DNA of 64,000 nucleotides from Bacillota bacterium. Lineage in GTDB: Bacteria; Bacillota; Dethiobacteria; DTU022. The stretch is from assembly GCA_011389985.1 (NCBI GenBank), contig JAABTH010000004.1, positions 65,846 through 129,845 on the forward strand, given 5' to 3'. The notes under the pieces were generated by a model. That model saw only the letters and a program-made list of their open reading frames with translations. It was not told the origin of the DNA and ran no database searches. This document shows positions 38,970-48,452 of this stretch, one piece after another (the first letter of the stretch is position 1; each line of letters opens with the position of its first letter). Position numbers and translations under genes: made by a program.

Positions 38970-41606
38970 TTATTCTCCTTCTTGATCGATATCAAGCTTG
39001 TCATCTGTGTAATTCTGCAGTTTATTTTGCAGCTCAAAAAACTTTTGCATCGCTTCGAGTGGTGTAACATGATTCAGATCAAGTTCTTTGAGCTCTTCGA
39101 TTATTTCAAGCTCACTGCTGTGATCACATCGTGACTCGGAAACCATGGGCAGCAAACTTAACTGTTGTTCAGCAGCGCTTGAAGCGGCTAGTTCAAGTTC
39201 AATCAGAATTTTTTCAGCCCTGAAAAGGACTTCTTGTGGAACTCCGGCCAGACGGGCAACATTTATACCGTAGCTTTTATCAGCCCTGCCGGGCACTACC
39301 TGCCTGAGAAAAATAACTTCTTTACCCTTTTCTTTAATGGCCATAGTGTAATTTTTTATACCTGGTTGGTCGCCTTCCAGTCTTGTCAATTCATGATAGT
39401 GAGTTGAAAAGAGCGTTTTTGCTTTTATCTTGTTACAAATATATTCAATTACCCCACGGGCTATGCTCATACCGTCATATGTGCTGGTGCCCCTGCCGAT
39501 TTCATCAAGGATGATCAGGCTGTCTACAGTTGCTTCTTTTAAAATTACGGCAGTTTCCTGCATTTCAACCATAAAAGTGCTGTGGCCGCTGCTTAAATCA
39601 TCACTTGCGCCGACCCTGGCAAATACTCTGTCAACAATGGGCAGTTCTGCTGATTTTGCCGGAACAAAGGAGCCTGACTGGGCCATGATTGCTACCAAAG
39701 CGATGCTTCTGATGTAAGTGCTTTTTCCGGCCATATTTGGCCCGGTAATTAACAGCAGAAAATGCTGTTTGTTCATGGTCAGGTCATTTGGTACAAATCT
39801 TTCAAAGGCAAGCTGTTCAACAACGGGGTGGCGGACCTGTTTTATTTTCATATCAAGGTTTTCAGAAAAAACAGGGCGACAAAAATTGTTATTTTCAGCT
39901 GTTTCGGCCAGGCTCTGCAGAGTGTCAAGTCGGGCTACCTGGTGTGAGGCAGCAAGCAGCTGATCAGCAAAGGATACAACATAATCCCTTAATTCTTCAA
40001 AGAGTATAAATTCCAGTTGAGCCAGCTTCTCCCTGGCACCAGTAATTTGCTCTTCAAACTGCTGTAATTCGTTAGTTGTAAAGCGTTCGGCATTAACCAG
40101 TGTTTGTTTCCGGTTGTATTCCGGAGGGACAGAATTAAGATTTGTTTTGGTAATCTCCAGATAATAGCCAAAATTACGGTTATAGCCGACTTTGAGAGTT
40201 TTTATACCGGTGCGGAGACGTTCGTTTCGTTCATACTCCAGCAACAGGTTACCGCTGTCAGCAGATAATTTGTTCAGCCTGTCAACCTCATCATGATAAC
40301 CTTTCCGAAACAGGCCTCCTTCTTTTAAAACCATAGGGGGGTCATTAACGAGCGCCTCCTCGATCTTTAATGCAAGCTCTTTGAACGAAGGAAGCTTTTT
40401 ATTTATATCTTTCATGGTTGAGGTGTCAAGGTTGGACAGCGCTGTTTTAATCGGATCAAGCAAACGAATCGTATTTTTTAAAGCAACGAGATCTCTTGCG
40501 TTTACACGTTGATAGGTCAGCCTGCTGCAAAATCTTTCAAGGTCAAATATATCGTCCAGTTTTTTGCGCAGCTCTTTTCGAAGCAAGGGTTTACCGACAA
40601 GTTCTTCAACTGCTTCGAGCCTATCTTCAATTTGTCTTTTTTCAATAAGCGGTTGCTCAATCCAGCGCTTTAGCAACCTTCTACCCATTCCTGTCATACA
40701 ATGGTCGATCAGTCCCAGCAGGCTTCCCTGTTTCCCTCCGTTTCGCAGTGATTGCGTCAGTTCAAGGTTACGGCTGGTTATACTGTCAACAATCATATTT
40801 TTGTTATTAAAATAAAGTTCAAGGTTATGAAAATGGTTGCCTTTGGCCGGGAGCTGCTGCAGCAATTCCAGATAGATCAGTACGGATGCTCCGGCAGAAG
40901 CAGCCAGGGGGTATTTGCTTAATGAAAGATTATCCCAGGTGCAATTATCCCAGTGGTTTTTTATCAATTCTTCAGCTTCGTGCTGACCAGGAACAAGTGA
41001 TATAGTCTCAACCAGGGTAGTGTTAAATGAATTAAAGGTGTTTCGAATTAAACATTCTACATCTTTTGAATCGCAGAGTACCTCTTTAGGCTGGAGGCGT
41101 CTTATTTCATCGAACATAATCTCATTTGAGCCTTCTCCGCCAAACTCGGTAATTCTGAAATCACCGGTAGAGATATCGACAGCTGCAAGACCGTACGTTC
41201 CATTAGATGAGCGCAGAATTAGCATTAGATAATTATTTTGTCCTTCTTCGAGCATTTCCGGATCGGTAATAGTGCCAGGAGTTAGAATACGGGTTATCTC
41301 CCTGCGCACCAGCCCTTTTGCCTGGGAAGAACTCTCTACCTGGTCACAGATTACAACTTTGTATCCCTTTGACAGGAGCCTGTTCAGGTAAGTTTCTGCT
41401 GCATGAATCGGTACTCCGGCCAATGGAACAGGGTTTTCACTGCCGGCGTCTCTGGAAGTTAAAGCAATTTCCATTTCTCTTGCTGCGAGTTCAGCATCAG
41501 CATAGAAAAGTTCATAAAAATCACCAACCTGGAACATAAGCAGCTTATCTGGGTGCTGTTCCTTTATTTTTTTGTATTGTTCCATCATCGGGCTGGTCCG
41601 ATTCAA
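38970..41606 (-). CDS. mutS: DNA mismatch repair protein MutS
   Basis: 878 aa; Walker A GPNMAGKST; MutS domains I-V. Confidence 0.95.
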   Translation of the reverse strand: MNRTSPMMEQYKKIKEQHPDKLLMFQVGDFYELFYADAELAAREMEIALTSRDAGSENPVPLAGVPIHAAETYLNRLLSKGYKVVICDQVESSSQAKGLVRREITRILTPGTITDPEMLEEGQNNYLMLILRSSNGTYGLAAVDISTGDFRITEFGGEGSNEIMFDEIRRLQPKEVLCDSKDVECLIRNTFNSFNTTLVETISLVPGQHEAEELIKNHWDNCTWDNLSLSKYPLAASAGASVLIYLELLQQLPAKGNHFHNLELYFNNKNMIVDSITSRNLELTQSLRNGGKQGSLLGLIDHCMTGMGRRLLKRWIEQPLIEKRQIEDRLEAVEELVGKPLLRKELRKKLDDIFDLERFCSRLTYQRVNARDLVALKNTIRLLDPIKTALSNLDTSTMKDINKKLPSFKELALKIEEALVNDPPMVLKEGGLFRKGYHDEVDRLNKLSADSGNLLLEYERNERLRTGIKTLKVGYNRNFGYYLEITKTNLNSVPPEYNRKQTLVNAERFTTNELQQFEEQITGAREKLAQLEFILFEELRDYVVSFADQLLAASHQVARLDTLQSLAETAENNNFCRPVFSENLDMKIKQVRHPVVEQLAFERFVPNDLTMNKQHFLLLITGPNMAGKSTYIRSIALVAIMAQSGSFVPAKSAELPIVDRVFARVGASDDLSSGHSTFMVEMQETAVILKEATVDSLIILDEIGRGTSTYDGMSIARGVIEYICNKIKAKTLFSTHYHELTRLEGDQPGIKNYTMAIKEKGKEVIFLRQVVPGRADKSYGINVARLAGVPQEVLFRAEKILIELELAASSAAEQQLSLLPMVSESRCDHSSELEIIEELKELDLNHVTPLEAMQKFFELQNKLQNYTDDKLDIDQEGE

Positions 41607-42970
41607 TTACTGTCTCCTTTCATCTCTCCGGTCAGGTTCCAGGTTTTTGCTTCTGTAATTTTAACCGTAACAAGCTTTCCCGTTAATTCGGGGGAGCCGG
41701 GAAAGTGCACCAGTTTATTGGTTCTGGTTCTGCCAGTTTGCATAGCGCTTTTATTTTTGCTGGGGCCCTCTACCAAAACTTCCAGCGTTCTATTTTCAAG
41801 CTGCAGATTTAATTCATTGCTGATTGCATGCTGAACTTGATTTAATCGCTGCAGCCTTTCTTCTTTATCGCTGTGGCTGAGTTGTTCTTTCATTGCTGCG
41901 GCAGTCGTGTTTTTTCGTGGTGAGTATATAAACGAAAATGCATTGTCAAACTTCACTGTTTTTAAAAGATTAACAGTTTCCAGAAAATCATCCTCATTTT
42001 CGCCCGGGAATCCTACAATTATATCGGTAGTTATGGAGACTCCGGGTATAGAGCATCTGATCATTTCAATAAGTTCCAGGTAATGCTCGCGGCTGTAACC
42101 ACGGTTCATTTTTTTAAGAATGCGGTTGCTTCCGGATTGAACTGGCAGATGAAAATGCTCGCAGATATTTTCACCCTGCTGAACAGCTTTAATCAGCTCT
42201 TCCGAAAGATCCTTAGGGTGGGAAGTCATAAAACGAATACGTTTAAGCCCTTCTATATTGTTTAAATCTGTAAGTAAGTTGGCGAATGTATGATCACCTG
42301 CCAAATCATGTCCGTATGAGTTAACATTTTGGCCGAGTAAAGTTAGTTCAAGGTAACCCTTTGAAGTCAATGTTTTTGCTTCTTCGATAATGTTTGCGCT
42401 AATCCTACTGCGTTCATGCCCACGTACATAAGGTACCACACAGTAAGAACAAAAGTTGTTGCAGCCATATATAACCGGCAGCCATGCTTTAAAAGAGCTT
42501 GTAGGGGCCGCTGTAAGGTTTTCTCTGTCAGCATAGTCTTCTTCTAAATCAAGGATTGTTGTTCTGCCGGACATTGCAGCTTCCAGATGCATCGGCAGTC
42601 TGGGTAGGGCATGGGTGCCAAAAATAATATCTACGTGATGAAAACGGTCTTTAATATAATGTGCCGCTTCTTCCTGCTGTGTCATACAGCCGCCAACGGC
42701 AATTATAAGGTCTTTATTCTCTTCTTTAAGGGGAGAAAATTTGCCAAGCAGTGAAGAAACTTTATCTTCCGGTTTTTGCCTGACAGCGCATGTATTGATA
42801 ATGATCAGGTCTGCTTCTTCTGCTGTAAAGACAGCAGTATAACCAAGGCTTTCGAGGATAGAGCAGATTACTTCGGAATCATGTTCATTCATTTGACAAC
42901 CAAAAGTTACTAATAAATATTTTTTTCCTTCACCAAAATTATATGAATTATCATATTGCTCATGTTTCAA
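41603..42970 (-). CDS. miaB: tRNA-i6A37 methylthiotransferase MiaB
   Basis: 455 aa; MTTase N-domain, CNNFCSYC radical-SAM motif, TRAM domain; overlaps the mutS start by 4 nt. Confidence 0.85.
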   Translation of the reverse strand: MKHEQYDNSYNFGEGKKYLLVTFGCQMNEHDSEVICSILESLGYTAVFTAEEADLIIINTCAVRQKPEDKVSSLLGKFSPLKEENKDLIIAVGGCMTQQEEAAHYIKDRFHHVDIIFGTHALPRLPMHLEAAMSGRTTILDLEEDYADRENLTAAPTSSFKAWLPVIYGCNNFCSYCVVPYVRGHERSRISANIIEEAKTLTSKGYLELTLLGQNVNSYGHDLAGDHTFANLLTDLNNIEGLKRIRFMTSHPKDLSEELIKAVQQGENICEHFHLPVQSGSNRILKKMNRGYSREHYLELIEMIRCSIPGVSITTDIIVGFPGENEDDFLETVNLLKTVKFDNAFSFIYSPRKNTTAAAMKEQLSHSDKEERLQRLNQVQHAISNELNLQLENRTLEVLVEGPSKNKSAMQTGRTRTNKLVHFPGSPELTGKLVTVKITEAKTWNLTGEMKGDSN

Positions 42971-43000
42971 TAATTTAACACTCCTAAATGCCTATTCAAA

Positions 43001-43210
43001 CTATTCCTTTTCAACCTTTTCAACCTGTATGGCAAAATCCGGGCATAAGTATTCACATAATTTACAGCCGCTGCAATTATCCGGGTCTATAAATTCCGGA
43101 CTGCCATCCGGTCCTGGTCTTAAATTATTTTTTGGACAGAACTCAAAGCAGATACCACAGTCTTTACAACGTTCATTATATACCTTTAGCTTGAATCGGC
43201 TTTTTCCCAT
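43001..43210 (-). CDS. small 2x[4Fe-4S] ferredoxin-like protein
   Basis: 69 aa; CKDCGICFEFCP and CSGCKLCEYLCP motifs. Confidence 0.6.
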   Translation of the reverse strand: MGKSRFKLKVYNERCKDCGICFEFCPKNNLRPGPDGSPEFIDPDNCSGCKLCEYLCPDFAIQVEKVEKE

Positions 43211-43282
43211 CTATAAATATCATTCCTTTCAATGAACCAATGCAAAAGTATTTCTTTAGCTACTTATTTCTATTCTATATTA

Positions 43283-44050
43283 TCAGTTCCTGCCTCTGAG
43301 GCGATTCCAGAACCGATTAAACAGACAGATGAAGCCGGAATTATTATTATGTTTTCGTTTGTAGAGATTGCAAAATATTACTGCGATGATGATTAAGATC
43401 AGTATTATTAATAAGAGGGGTGAATAATTGGCCAGGGATTTCAGGAACTTAATGGTAACCCCCATTGTGCCGACTAAGGCAATGCTGAGGCCTATGGCAG
43501 CGAGGCTGTATATCGAACCACCCAGAAAGGTATAAATTATAAACAGGTAAAAATTCATCCTCATTGCACCTGCCGGATAAGATATAAAAGTGCGGGTAAA
43601 ACCCCACAACTGCCCCATGAAGATCGAAAAATTACCGTATCTATCCCATAACTGCATAATCCTTGACTTCGGAAGTTTCGTGTTTTTATGAACCGGTTCA
43701 CTATAATAATTTTGCCGGCCATAGTTAGACTTAACTTTATTTCCTACTAAACTGCCAAGTAAACCGAGGAAATAGCTAAAAATGCTTCCAAGAGTAATAC
43801 CGACTGTGGAAGCTAAAAAAATTGACCAGAATGAAACCGTTCCTCTGAGGATCAACGGTCCTGATGTCAAAAGAACAACAGCAGAAGCAAATGGCACCCC
43901 GGCGCTTTCTGCGAACATGGCCGCTGCAATTCCCATAATCCCATATTTTGCAATTAGTATTTCCAACAGTGCAAAAATAGATTCAAAGGGTTCTATATTT
44001 TCCATATTTATCTCACCGCCTGCCCACTTAAAAGGGCATACATGCCCCAA
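43283..44050 (-). CDS. DedA/VTT-domain membrane protein (probably starts at internal Met near 44005)
   Basis: polytopic membrane protein; the ORF-track start overlaps the glucokinase by 43 nt, while the internal MENIEPF start abuts it. Confidence 0.55.
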   Translation of the reverse strand: MGHVCPFKWAGGEINMENIEPFESIFALLEILIAKYGIMGIAAAMFAESAGVPFASAVVLLTSGPLILRGTVSFWSIFLASTVGITLGSIFSYFLGLLGSLVGNKVKSNYGRQNYYSEPVHKNTKLPKSRIMQLWDRYGNFSIFMGQLWGFTRTFISYPAGAMRMNFYLFIIYTFLGGSIYSLAAIGLSIALVGTMGVTIKFLKSLANYSPLLLIILILIIIAVIFCNLYKRKHNNNSGFICLFNRFWNRLRGRN

Positions 44051-45021
44051 ATACCGGCTTCTGGCTCAAGCATAGCTGTTACAATTTCAACAATCGATAT
44101 TTCTACTGATGGCCGAATCGCTTCTCTAATCATCTGTTTTGTGACTATCTCAAGGTAGTCCGGCCGGTTTGCTATTACTCCGCCTCCGAGAACTAGGCAG
44201 GAGGGATTAAGAAGAGTTACCAAATTAGCAAGACCTCTGCCTGTTTTAACTGCTGCATCATTAATGATAGCTGCAGCAAGTTCGTTTCCTTGATCAGCCT
44301 GCTTAAAAACCCACTCTGTAGTAATCGGGCCACCTTCTACTTCATTATCGTTCCAAAGTGATTTTGCTGACCTGGCAATTGAACTGCCCGATGCCCATAT
44401 TTCCAGACAGTCATCCCCACCGCACTTACATATTCTACCTGTTCCATAAGCTTTAATATGACCAACTTCTCCGGCAAAGCCGGCACTGCCGCGGTATAGT
44501 CTGCCATTAAGGAAAAGACCTCCACCAATACCAGTACTAATCGTGACGTATATTACGTTATTGTGTCCTTTAGCAGCGCCATAGTATACTTCACCTAATA
44601 CAGCTGCATTGGCGTCATTTTCTATAATTACCGGGCAGGAAAAAGCGGACTCGATAATTTCTTTAAAATAAACAGGTTCAACCCAATCCAGGTTGGGAGA
44701 TTGGTGTACTACACCCTTCTCAGCCTCAATAAAACCGGCTATGCAAATACCCAGACCGGCAGGTTTTAGATCAGAAATATTCTCGCTTTCTTTTCCGGCA
44801 TCGCTTAAAAGAGACTTTATTGTATCGACCAGCGCTTCAGGGGGAGTAGGTTTTGGGGTTGCCCTTTTTCCCCTGAACAGGACCTTTCCTTCACTGTCGA
44901 TCAATAGCATCAGTATTTTCGTTCCGCCAATGTCAACAACACTATATATATTATTATTCATTTGCATACACCTGTCCCTAGTATCTTTAATAAAGCAAAT
45001 TAGATCCAATTCACCTTTCAT
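44008..45021 (-). CDS. glcK: ROK-family glucokinase
   Basis: 337 aa; ROK motifs and Zn-binding CxC..C (GRICKCGGDDCLE). Confidence 0.8.
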   Translation of the reverse strand: MKGELDLICFIKDTRDRCMQMNNNIYSVVDIGGTKILMLLIDSEGKVLFRGKRATPKPTPPEALVDTIKSLLSDAGKESENISDLKPAGLGICIAGFIEAEKGVVHQSPNLDWVEPVYFKEIIESAFSCPVIIENDANAAVLGEVYYGAAKGHNNVIYVTISTGIGGGLFLNGRLYRGSAGFAGEVGHIKAYGTGRICKCGGDDCLEIWASGSSIARSAKSLWNDNEVEGGPITTEWVFKQADQGNELAAAIINDAAVKTGRGLANLVTLLNPSCLVLGGGVIANRPDYLEIVTKQMIREAIRPSVEISIVEIVTAMLEPEAGIWGMYALLSGQAVR

Positions 45022-45099
45022 TATACGTGAATTGAGAAAAAGATAAAAGAATAACCCGTTAAGATAAAAACGGGTTATAAAAGAATTTATATTTTTTGC

Positions 45100-46305
45100 C
45101 TATTTTATTATATCCGGTGAAGGCGCGAGTTTTTTTTCGTATAGATAATCTTCATAAATATACATAAGTTCTTTATCAAATAGAGTCCTTTTCATGTCAA
45201 CGGTAACTGTTCTGACTGCTTTAAGAAGATCGCTGGCTTCTTCATCAGAAAGATCTATGCCGTACTCCACAAATTTCAGCATTATTGATTTCGATCCGGA
45301 ATGTTTCCCTATTACGATCTGTCTTTCCAATCCTACATCTTCAGGACTGAAAACTTCATAAGTACCGGGGTATTTGATCACTCCGTCGGCATGAATACCC
45401 GATTCATGGGCAAAAGTGTTTGTACCCACAATAGGCTTACTCGGGTATAGCTGTCTACCCGAAGCCCTGGCCACGTATTCACATAAATTTCTGAAATCGC
45501 GGGTGTTAACTCCCAAATTAACACTGAATAGATGTTTCAAAGCCATTGCGACCTCTTCAAGTGCGGCGTTGCCGGCTCTTTCGCCGAGTCCGTTTACGGT
45601 AACCCCGATAAAACAGGCTCCTGCCTTTAAGCCGGCTAACGCGTTAGCAGTTGCCATTCCGAAGTCGTTGTGGGTATGCATTTCAATGTCCATTCCGGTT
45701 GCTTCAAGAAGAGAACTTATTACCTCGTAAGTTTTGAATGGCTCAAGTACGCCAATCGTATCACAGAAACGTAAACGGTTTGCTCCGGCCGCCTGAGCCT
45801 GTTTAGCGAATTCAACTAAGAAATCAAAATCGCTGCGGGAGGCATCTTCTGCATTTACTGATATATAAAGGTTGTGCTTAGCGGCGAACTCTACAGATTT
45901 AACCATGTTTTCAAGCACCCACTCACGCGAAGTTCTGAGTTTGTGTGCTATATGTATGTCAGAGGTTGAAATAGATATTGCCACGGCGTCAACACCGCAG
46001 TCTAAAGAATGCTTGATATCTTCAATATTGGCCCGGTTCCAGGCCATAATGCTGGCCTGTAGGTTGTAGGATACAATTTCTTTTATAACCTCTTTCTCAT
46101 CACCGCCCATTACCGGTATACCGGCCTCGATCTGATGAACACCGAGATTATCGAGCATTTTGGCAATGCGAAGTTTTTCTCTGTTTGAAAATACAACTCC
46201 TGCCGTTTGCTCTCCATCCCTCAGAGTTGTATCGACTAGCATAGGAATTTTTTTTTCAAGGCTTTCCTGGAATCTTTTCATGTAAGGGTCTCCTTCATTA
46301 GGCAT
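45100..46305 (-). CDS. short LeuA/NifV/AksA-family DRE-TIM synthase (homocitrate/citramalate-synthase-like), lacks the LeuA regulatory domain
   Basis: 401 aa; LRDGEQ, HTHNDFG and GERAGNAALEE motifs; no C-terminal LeuA-dimer domain. Confidence 0.7.
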   Translation of the reverse strand: MPNEGDPYMKRFQESLEKKIPMLVDTTLRDGEQTAGVVFSNREKLRIAKMLDNLGVHQIEAGIPVMGGDEKEVIKEIVSYNLQASIMAWNRANIEDIKHSLDCGVDAVAISISTSDIHIAHKLRTSREWVLENMVKSVEFAAKHNLYISVNAEDASRSDFDFLVEFAKQAQAAGANRLRFCDTIGVLEPFKTYEVISSLLEATGMDIEMHTHNDFGMATANALAGLKAGACFIGVTVNGLGERAGNAALEEVAMALKHLFSVNLGVNTRDFRNLCEYVARASGRQLYPSKPIVGTNTFAHESGIHADGVIKYPGTYEVFSPEDVGLERQIVIGKHSGSKSIMLKFVEYGIDLSDEEASDLLKAVRTVTVDMKRTLFDKELMYIYEDYLYEKKLAPSPDIIK

Positions 46306-46328
46306 TAAGTAATTTAGGTAATTATAGT

Positions 46329-47141
46329 TTAACCCAGGCGAAGTTCTTCTGAACGCCTGGTCGCTTCTCTTACAGCTTTAATCAGGCAGCTGCGAAAACC
46401 CGATTCTTCAAGAACAAGTAGGGCAGAACTGGTTGTTCCTGCCGGAGATGTAACTATATTTCGAAGTTCAGCCGGATGTTGGGCATTGGTTTCCAGCATG
46501 CGTGCAGCACCGATAACATTTTGAACTACCATTTTTGCGGCCACATCACGTCTGATACCGACGGAGACTCCTGCATCGATCATTGTTTCAATAAAGAGAT
46601 AAACATAAGCTGGTCCGGTTCCGCTTAGGCCTGTGGCTGCATCCATCAGTTTTTCCGGAAGCCTCATAGTGAGACCGATTGATTTAAGCAGATGCTCTAC
46701 TTCACGTCTTTCTTCATCGGTAACGGCATCGCCAGTGCTTAGCGCTATTGTTCCTTCGCCAATCAGGCAGGGGGTGTTCGGCATTAAACGTATAACTTTA
46801 GTACCGGATGAAAGGCAGCTTTCAATGAAACTAATAGTAATTCCCGCAGCTATTGAAATATAAACCTGGTCAGGTTGAACAAATGGTTTTATTGCATATA
46901 ACAAACCCTCCGTATCCTGAGGTTTGACCGCAATAAATATGTGTTTACAAAGAGGAATAAAGTCTGCTGGTTTATCAGCTGTGTTTGCGTTTAATTCTTC
47001 TGCAAGTTGAATCATTCTTCCTTTATCGAGATCATACAGGTAAAGCAGCGATGGTTCTATGCATCCGGCTTTAATCATTCCTTTAGCCAGGGCAGAGCCC
47101 ATGGCACCACAACCAATAATTCCAATGACATCATTATCCAT
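46329..47141 (-). CDS. proC: pyrroline-5-carboxylate reductase
   Basis: 270 aa; N-terminal Rossmann GIIGCGAMG; P5CR C-terminal dimerisation domain. Confidence 0.85.
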   Translation of the reverse strand: MDNDVIGIIGCGAMGSALAKGMIKAGCIEPSLLYLYDLDKGRMIQLAEELNANTADKPADFIPLCKHIFIAVKPQDTEGLLYAIKPFVQPDQVYISIAAGITISFIESCLSSGTKVIRLMPNTPCLIGEGTIALSTGDAVTDEERREVEHLLKSIGLTMRLPEKLMDAATGLSGTGPAYVYLFIETMIDAGVSVGIRRDVAAKMVVQNVIGAARMLETNAQHPAELRNIVTSPAGTTSSALLVLEESGFRSCLIKAVREATRRSEELRLG

Positions 47142-47279
47142 AGTTAATTCTCCCCCGCATTAAAGTCTTAGAAAGTATTCTATCGAAATTGTCTGCTTTA
47201 TGCAAGGCCGGGGAGTGTATCTTTAAAAAAATAATGAATGTGCAGTAGAATTAAGTAATGAGCAATATGTTAAATATTG

Positions 47280-48452
47280 CTATTTGAGAGCTTCCGTGTC
47301 CGATTTATAGATATTGCGATCGCAGCGGAAACAAGCCTGGGCTTCGTCAGAGATGCAGGGGCTGCTGCTGGTAATCATAGAAGCAATATTATTTCCGATA
47401 CCCGGCCCCAGCATCAGGCCCTGGCCACACATACCAACTGCCAGAATAAGGCCTTTAAGCCCACTGGCATAATCAACAATCGGTACGCCATCAGGTGTCA
47501 TCGGGTAGCAGCCTCTCCAAATCCTTCGAATCAAGAGGTTCTTAAATTTTGGGATCAGTGCGGTCATTCTGCTCGATAAAACCGGTAGGAATTCAGATAA
47601 AGATTCCCGGTTTGTCCCGACAAATAGATCTTTTGGCGTATAACAGAATATAATTTGCCCTTTTCTGTTTTGGCCAAAGTAAAAGTTTGTAGTTTTTCCT
47701 TCAGGACCAGGACGCAGATCAACTATCAGTGGGGCTAGAAAATGCTTTATTGGCGCAGAGATTCCGGCCTCGTGAGAATCGGGAGTGACCGGTATGTCAA
47801 TGCCAAGCATGGGTCCATGTTCAGCTGCATCTGAACCGGCGGCAAGGACAACCCAGTTTGAAGAGTAAATATCTTTATCAGTTCTAACGCCGGTAATTTT
47901 ATCGCCTTCCCGCAGGTAACCGATCACTCTTTCATTAAAACGGTAAACGGCGCCGCAGTTTTCAGCCTCCCGTTGAAATGCGATTGGAGCCAGAATAGAT
48001 GAAACCTGACCATCATCAGGAGAATAGGTGCCTCCTCTTAAGCCATCAGGGTTAATTCCCGGGATAATTTCTTTGATGTCATCCGGACCGACCCAGTTAA
48101 TATTTAGTCCATATCCCTTTTGGACAGGCAACAGGCTTTTCAGTGTGGTTTCAACTATTTCATCGTAAACAGGAAAACAATACCCGCCTGGTTTCCATTC
48201 AATGTCAAAGCCGTAGATATCTTTCCAGGTGGAAAAAATTCTGATGCTTTCAAGACCGATGCTAATCTTACCGGGATCTGAGTGAGTAGCCCTTACCCCG
48301 CCTATAGCTGTTTTATTTTCACCCTGACCTGCTGCAGTACGCTTATCTAATACAAGCACTTTTAAACCTGCTTTTGCCAGGTGATAAGCGGTCGGGTTAC
48401 CCACGCTTCCACAGCCGACAACTATAACATCGTAAATATTACCTGTCGGCAT
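47280..48452 (-). CDS. FAD-dependent amine dehydrogenase of the DAO family (HcnC / sarcosine oxidase beta / D-Hyp-proline dehydrogenase beta-like)
   Basis: 390 aa; N-terminal GxGxxG (VVGCGSVGNPTA); DAO-family length and C-terminal HG(Q)G-like motif; its start overlaps the stop of the upstream 1294-aa gene. Confidence 0.75.
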   Translation of the reverse strand: MPTGNIYDVIVVGCGSVGNPTAYHLAKAGLKVLVLDKRTAAGQGENKTAIGGVRATHSDPGKISIGLESIRIFSTWKDIYGFDIEWKPGGYCFPVYDEIVETTLKSLLPVQKGYGLNINWVGPDDIKEIIPGINPDGLRGGTYSPDDGQVSSILAPIAFQREAENCGAVYRFNERVIGYLREGDKITGVRTDKDIYSSNWVVLAAGSDAAEHGPMLGIDIPVTPDSHEAGISAPIKHFLAPLIVDLRPGPEGKTTNFYFGQNRKGQIIFCYTPKDLFVGTNRESLSEFLPVLSSRMTALIPKFKNLLIRRIWRGCYPMTPDGVPIVDYASGLKGLILAVGMCGQGLMLGPGIGNNIASMITSSSPCISDEAQACFRCDRNIYKSDTEALK

